Positions 61,201 to 64,000 of a stretch of 64,000 bases of DNA are shown piece by piece. The stretch is from the NCBI GenBank assembly GCA_052426225.1, contig JBNJNM010000012.1, forward strand, positions 2,418,001-2,482,000, given 5' to 3'. The first letter of the stretch is position 1; the number at the start of each line of letters is the position of its first letter. This DNA is from Zancudomyces culisetae HAW-14-8 (lineage: Eukaryota > Fungi > Kickxellomycota). Made by a program: the position numbers and the translations under genes. Under the pieces are notes generated by a model. It did no database searches. It worked only from the letters and a program-made list of their open reading frames with translations, and was not told the origin of the DNA.

Positions 61201-64000
61201 AACCCACCGCTAATGTCAACATACATGGGGCCGCTGTTTGATACTTGTGACAATCGCGGATGCAAGAGACCCATCACGTTAAGTGCAATCTCATCAGGCG
61301 AAAACGTCTTTCCTCCTTGTTTCTCCATTTCTTCCGCAACAATATCATTTTGGTTCATCAGTGATGTACCTCTTGCCCAACCCACAACTACACCAATTAT
61401 ATTTATGATTCCGCCCCATGATTCAGCTCTCCACTTATCAAATAACGTTTCAAGTCCGATTTTACTTTCGGCGTACAGACCATCGTATCCAAAGCCACCA
61501 TGATTTAGTGATAATGGTACCACTACTCTGGTAGGTCTGAAAACACTATTTAGCTCGTTCTTATTCTTTACAATTCTGCCAACCATCCTTATAATATTGA
61601 TAAGCATTGTACGATGACTCAATTCCGAGTAGGAATCTATGCAAGTGATATCCCTATTTATTTCTGACATCGCTGCAAACGGGATAAATAGATCCAAATC
61701 TAACCCAAGCCCTCCACTTGCCTTTGGTTTGTAAATAAAATCAACCAAGTTGTTAATATCAGTTTGTGAAGATTGATTAAACGGAACAACAGTTAGTGAA
61801 GATTTTTTAGACCCATGCTCCTTATAAACCTTTTCATACATCCTTATATTATCGTATTTGAAATTCGATGTTGTCGCAATGACGTTTGCACCAGATACTA
61901 GTAATGCCTTTACAAGAGATAAACCTATAGAATTCTTCCCACAACCTGTAACCAAAACGTTCTTACCACTATATGAAATACCATGTTTTGAAATATCCAA
62001 TATAGCAGCCATATACACTGAAGTCGAATCAGGGTCATAGTTCCATATTTCATGTGAAAACCTGGTTCGAAGGTGAAGAAACGGAATTCTGTCTTTTATG
62101 AGAATTTGTTTGGAAAATTGTTGAAAATCGTCAAACTCTCTCATATCTTTTTCAAGTTGACTAGTTTTATCGGACTGATCAGTGTGTGCTTCCCTTTTTC
62201 TAGTTGCCAGTTCTGACAGCAAGGCTGAAATTCTATTAAGGTCCAATGTCTTTTCACCACCACCACTATTACTATTTATAAAATCAAAAATTTCTTCAAC
62301 CTTTAAGCCACTCGATATATCACTATCTTGGGTTCGACTAGCCAGATTAGGTATGCCCTTTACCATTGATTTCAAATAATCAACACAGCTATTTACTCCG
62401 GCTCTTGGAGTTTCTGTATATTGAATTTCCCCCTTGTTGCTAACAGTTGTCCTTGGACCCACAAATTTCTCCAAACCCTTATACAATGGATCTAATTCAA
62501 CATTTGCCTCGCAAACATTTACTAGATCCCTCAATAGCTCAATCTTTGCTGCCAACTCCTTATTTTCATGGGTTAGACTGTTTTCTTGTTTTAATATCTG
62601 CAATTTGTATTTTAAAAAGCCAACCAACTGAATGCTAGAACAGTTTACAAGATGTCTGAACTCGTCCATTAGAGTTTCCTTTATTTTTTCGCTATTCATT
62701 TCCACCATTCTATAGAAAAGCGAGTCTGCCCGTGCCAAAGACCAGTTCCAGTATGAGTCAAAGACTCTAACTTTTTCTTCCTCAAAAATCGATTTTATTC
62801 CTTCAATAAACACCTCTCCCTGCTCACTAAGTAAATAATCAATCTGAGCTTGAACTTCACCCAGTTTGTTTGTTGTTTCCTCCAACGCTTCGTGGCTCTT
62901 GCTATAGCTTACACCGAAATAATCGTTCAAAGATTCAAGATGAGAATTCAATAATGTATCTTGCTTTTCCACTAGACTGGTGAATTCTTTTGAATTTATT
63001 ACTGTGGTACTTTTTCCTGCACTAGAAGACACACTTAGTTGAGAATATTGTATTCCAAATATTTTAGCATATTGATTGGCAACTATTTCCAACCACGAAT
63101 TCATGTCCTTTTCATTTGCCAATCGGTTTTCAGGCTCAAATGTAGTTCCCAGCAAAAGCAAACAGTCAGCACGCAATGGACCTAGTCCGTACTTTTTGTT
63201 TAGCATTTCCTTGATCTTGGGAATGGTAAATCCACCCGGCATCTTTGAGTTTACCAACTTTGACACCCTTACAGATGAAAATGGTCCCAGTCCGCCAGAA
63301 GAGTTATTAAGTTGGCCAAAAAGCTCAATCAGTGGCATTTCCTCAGCCTTATCAGGTAGTTGATTTTGAAACTCCTTTTGTAAATCACTGATTATTTCAT
63401 TTTGCATTGCTGATTTGCCATTGACTAGGTCCTTAATAGATTTGGAATCGGAAATATCAATGTAACTTTTTTTCAGCTTTTGAGCAACTATAGAGGTAAT
63501 GATTTCACGAGCTGTGATTTTTACATCTTCTATTTGTGCAGCTACTCCTTGAGATCTATGCCCATCGCCAGAACTGTTTTCGAGAGCAGGGCTGTAATGT
63601 AGATCAGCTGGTGTTGCTGTTGGTATTTCAGCTGGTTTGGTGACTTGTTCACTTGAACGAGACGTTGAAGTCTGTGTGTCTGCAGCTTCACTTTGTTTGT
63701 CGGTAGAGAGCTTTTTACTGGATATTGGAAGAGAGGCGTTTGATTCTTGAGGTTCGTTGGATTCATTTTGTCTGTTGGCGTGATAAATGAATTCTTTATC
63801 GCTAATACAATGTAGTATAGTACGCTGGATTCCCTCCAAATCGTCTTGATCCTTGAACTTGGCATGTATCGTTCTTGTTGCCATTCCAACCAACACGGAA
63901 CTGGGCCCGACCTCAATAGCTTGTTCAATATTACAGTCTCCGAATATGGTATTTTGAGTTTCAATCCATTGAACAGGGCTGGCAAATTGATATGACAACA
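58206..64000 (-). CDS. FAS2: Fungal type I fatty acid synthase, alpha-type region (ACP-KR-KS-PPT), 5' end outside window; KS catalytic residues degenerate
   Basis: YQFASPVQWIETQ, ACP GKSAMQNEI, KR TGCGKNSIG/YAESK, PPT GIDIE/WCAKEA; KS reads GPIKIPSTSYSN and VSMYSSS. Confidence 0.93.
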   Translation of the reverse strand, partial: LSYQFASPVQWIETQNTIFGDCNIEQAIEVGPSSVLVGMATRTIHAKFKDQDDLEGIQRTILHCISDKEFIYHANRQNESNEPQESNASLPISSKKLSTDKQSEAADTQTSTSRSSEQVTKPAEIPTATPADLHYSPALENSSGDGHRSQGVAAQIEDVKITAREIITSIVAQKLKKSYIDISDSKSIKDLVNGKSAMQNEIISDLQKEFQNQLPDKAEEMPLIELFGQLNNSSGGLGPFSSVRVSKLVNSKMPGGFTIPKIKEMLNKKYGLGPLRADCLLLLGTTFEPENRLANEKDMNSWLEIVANQYAKIFGIQYSQLSVSSSAGKSTTVINSKEFTSLVEKQDTLLNSHLESLNDYFGVSYSKSHEALEETTNKLGEVQAQIDYLLSEQGEVFIEGIKSIFEEEKVRVFDSYWNWSLARADSLFYRMVEMNSEKIKETLMDEFRHLVNCSSIQLVGFLKYKLQILKQENSLTHENKELAAKIELLRDLVNVCEANVELDPLYKGLEKFVGPRTTVSNKGEIQYTETPRAGVNSCVDYLKSMVKGIPNLASRTQDSDISSGLKVEEIFDFINSNSGGGEKTLDLNRISALLSELATRKREAHTDQSDKTSQLEKDMREFDDFQQFSKQILIKDRIPFLHLRTRFSHEIWNYDPDSTSVYMAAILDISKHGISYSGKNVLVTGCGKNSIGLSLVKALLVSGANVIATTSNFKYDNIRMYEKVYKEHGSKKSSLTVVPFNQSSQTDINNLVDFIYKPKASGGLGLDLDLFIPFAAMSEINRDITCIDSYSELSHRTMLINIIRMVGRIVKNKNELNSVFRPTRVVVPLSLNHGGFGYDGLYAESKIGLETLFDKWRAESWGGIINIIGVVVGWARGTSLMNQNDIVAEEMEKQGGKTFSPDEIALNVMGLLHPRLSQVSNSGPMYVDISGGFGIMMDFNDRCVKIRNNLMFQSSLQKKIVAETSFDFNMIEGENVERLYKTTQAIPQSKLWLEFPKTKTYDELENLNYMKNMLDLDKTVVLVGYGEVTPYGTAETRWDFEVDENLSTESCIVLAWIMGYIEYFNGKQKDGRYYNGWIDCETKQPIEEKRIRSIYEMKIVQNSRIRNIDPELMRGYNPDERVTIQEIEIQEKMHPIITTQVEAEHFKLRNEDKVKIWSNGDETWSVQFLPGAKLYFPKATKIDSNTVGLLPKGWSAKRYGIDTDTINQVDYLTLLTLVSTCDSLMRAGIEDPYEFYKYVHLTEVGNSVGSFVGGVESFLETCLGRLRDEDVQKDILQETFPSSMSGWINLLLLSSAGPIKIPSTSYSNGLASVSIAVESIQMGKAKVMIAGGQDDVDEEMNLELFLNKELVTASKEQKAGRTVKDHFRPFTNTSDGFVESIGSSTMVLMSARTALEMGVPIYAIIAFCQTNTSSYATYREYVGYGVLSNSRECDPITNMPNPILDISYRKDQLEKRLLEIKKWATEEYSYITSTGFDEYFQTDNFGSNGLVSDRDLFLSSNTSQSKLDLITEVINSISNQENRLRKEAISFWTNEFWRSDKTISPIRGALSCFGLDINDIDVVSMYSSSISRMDHMELKIADIQFNYLGRTPGNICPVVSQKGLIGHTKSASSVIELTGLIQSINTGIIPGNRISDNISNDYKDYTFTFFPYESYKRPMVKAGILRSYGKSKDCGEMIVVHPDYLLASLDRHEYASYLKKRNQRQIKANRYYQNTLTGLKKHVKIKSDPPFSKEMEELVYMNPNARVSFDPVSETYSFNRFDQITEPESGSINDLIINNTVLALDKIIKNIDKKQICGIGIDIEPVSSLNVENENFITRNFTKKEIEYCKTQSSIASGFTMLWCAKEATIKAITSFNDQHGSNVELWSKGAAAPLIDIEIEDIASDDTYIAASVKFYNKLAELVERIGINTIELNIVFDCMQVVALSVAK

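Noticed and set aside
1-64000. Selenoprotein (in-frame TGA plus SECIS), tRNA/rRNA genes, transposons, CRISPR
   Set aside because: Looked for and not found by eye: no homology continuing through a TGA, no cloverleaf, no transposase/RT motifs or terminal repeats; CRISPR does not apply to this eukaryotic DNA.

Overview
AT-rich, intron-containing eukaryotic DNA, most likely from an early-diverging (zygomycete-grade) fungus. Kickxellomycotina/Harpellales is my inference from protein style and the short GTAAGT...CTAAC...YAG introns. About 24 protein genes are recognisable: RPN7, EMP24, LSG1, MAD1, two putatively GPI-anchored S1 proteases, a LEA/CsbD-like protein, RPP0, an ADH6-like dehydrogenase, ZNF511-like, PAN1-like, a Kv channel, eIF3i, a secreted orphan, BRI3-like, an ABC1 kinase, two tandem thiolases, GatC, YDJ1, UTP6, BAP31, RCL1, SEC9 and a FAS alpha-type chain. 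Main finds not shown by the ORF track: (1) a ~550-nt structured element at 2640-3190 laid out like a telomerase RNA, predicting a TTAATGTGG telomere repeat; (2) a FAS with an intact ORF whose ketoacyl-synthase catalytic Cys and first His are both Tyr; (3) two intronic box C/D snoRNAs with identifiable rRNA targets, one in an apparently non-coding host; (4) a gene-conversion tract between the tandem thiolases; (5) a cluster of indels at 22.5-28.7 kb that is probably consensus error. All pairings and alignments were done by eye; rRNA positions are S. cerevisiae numbering from memory.
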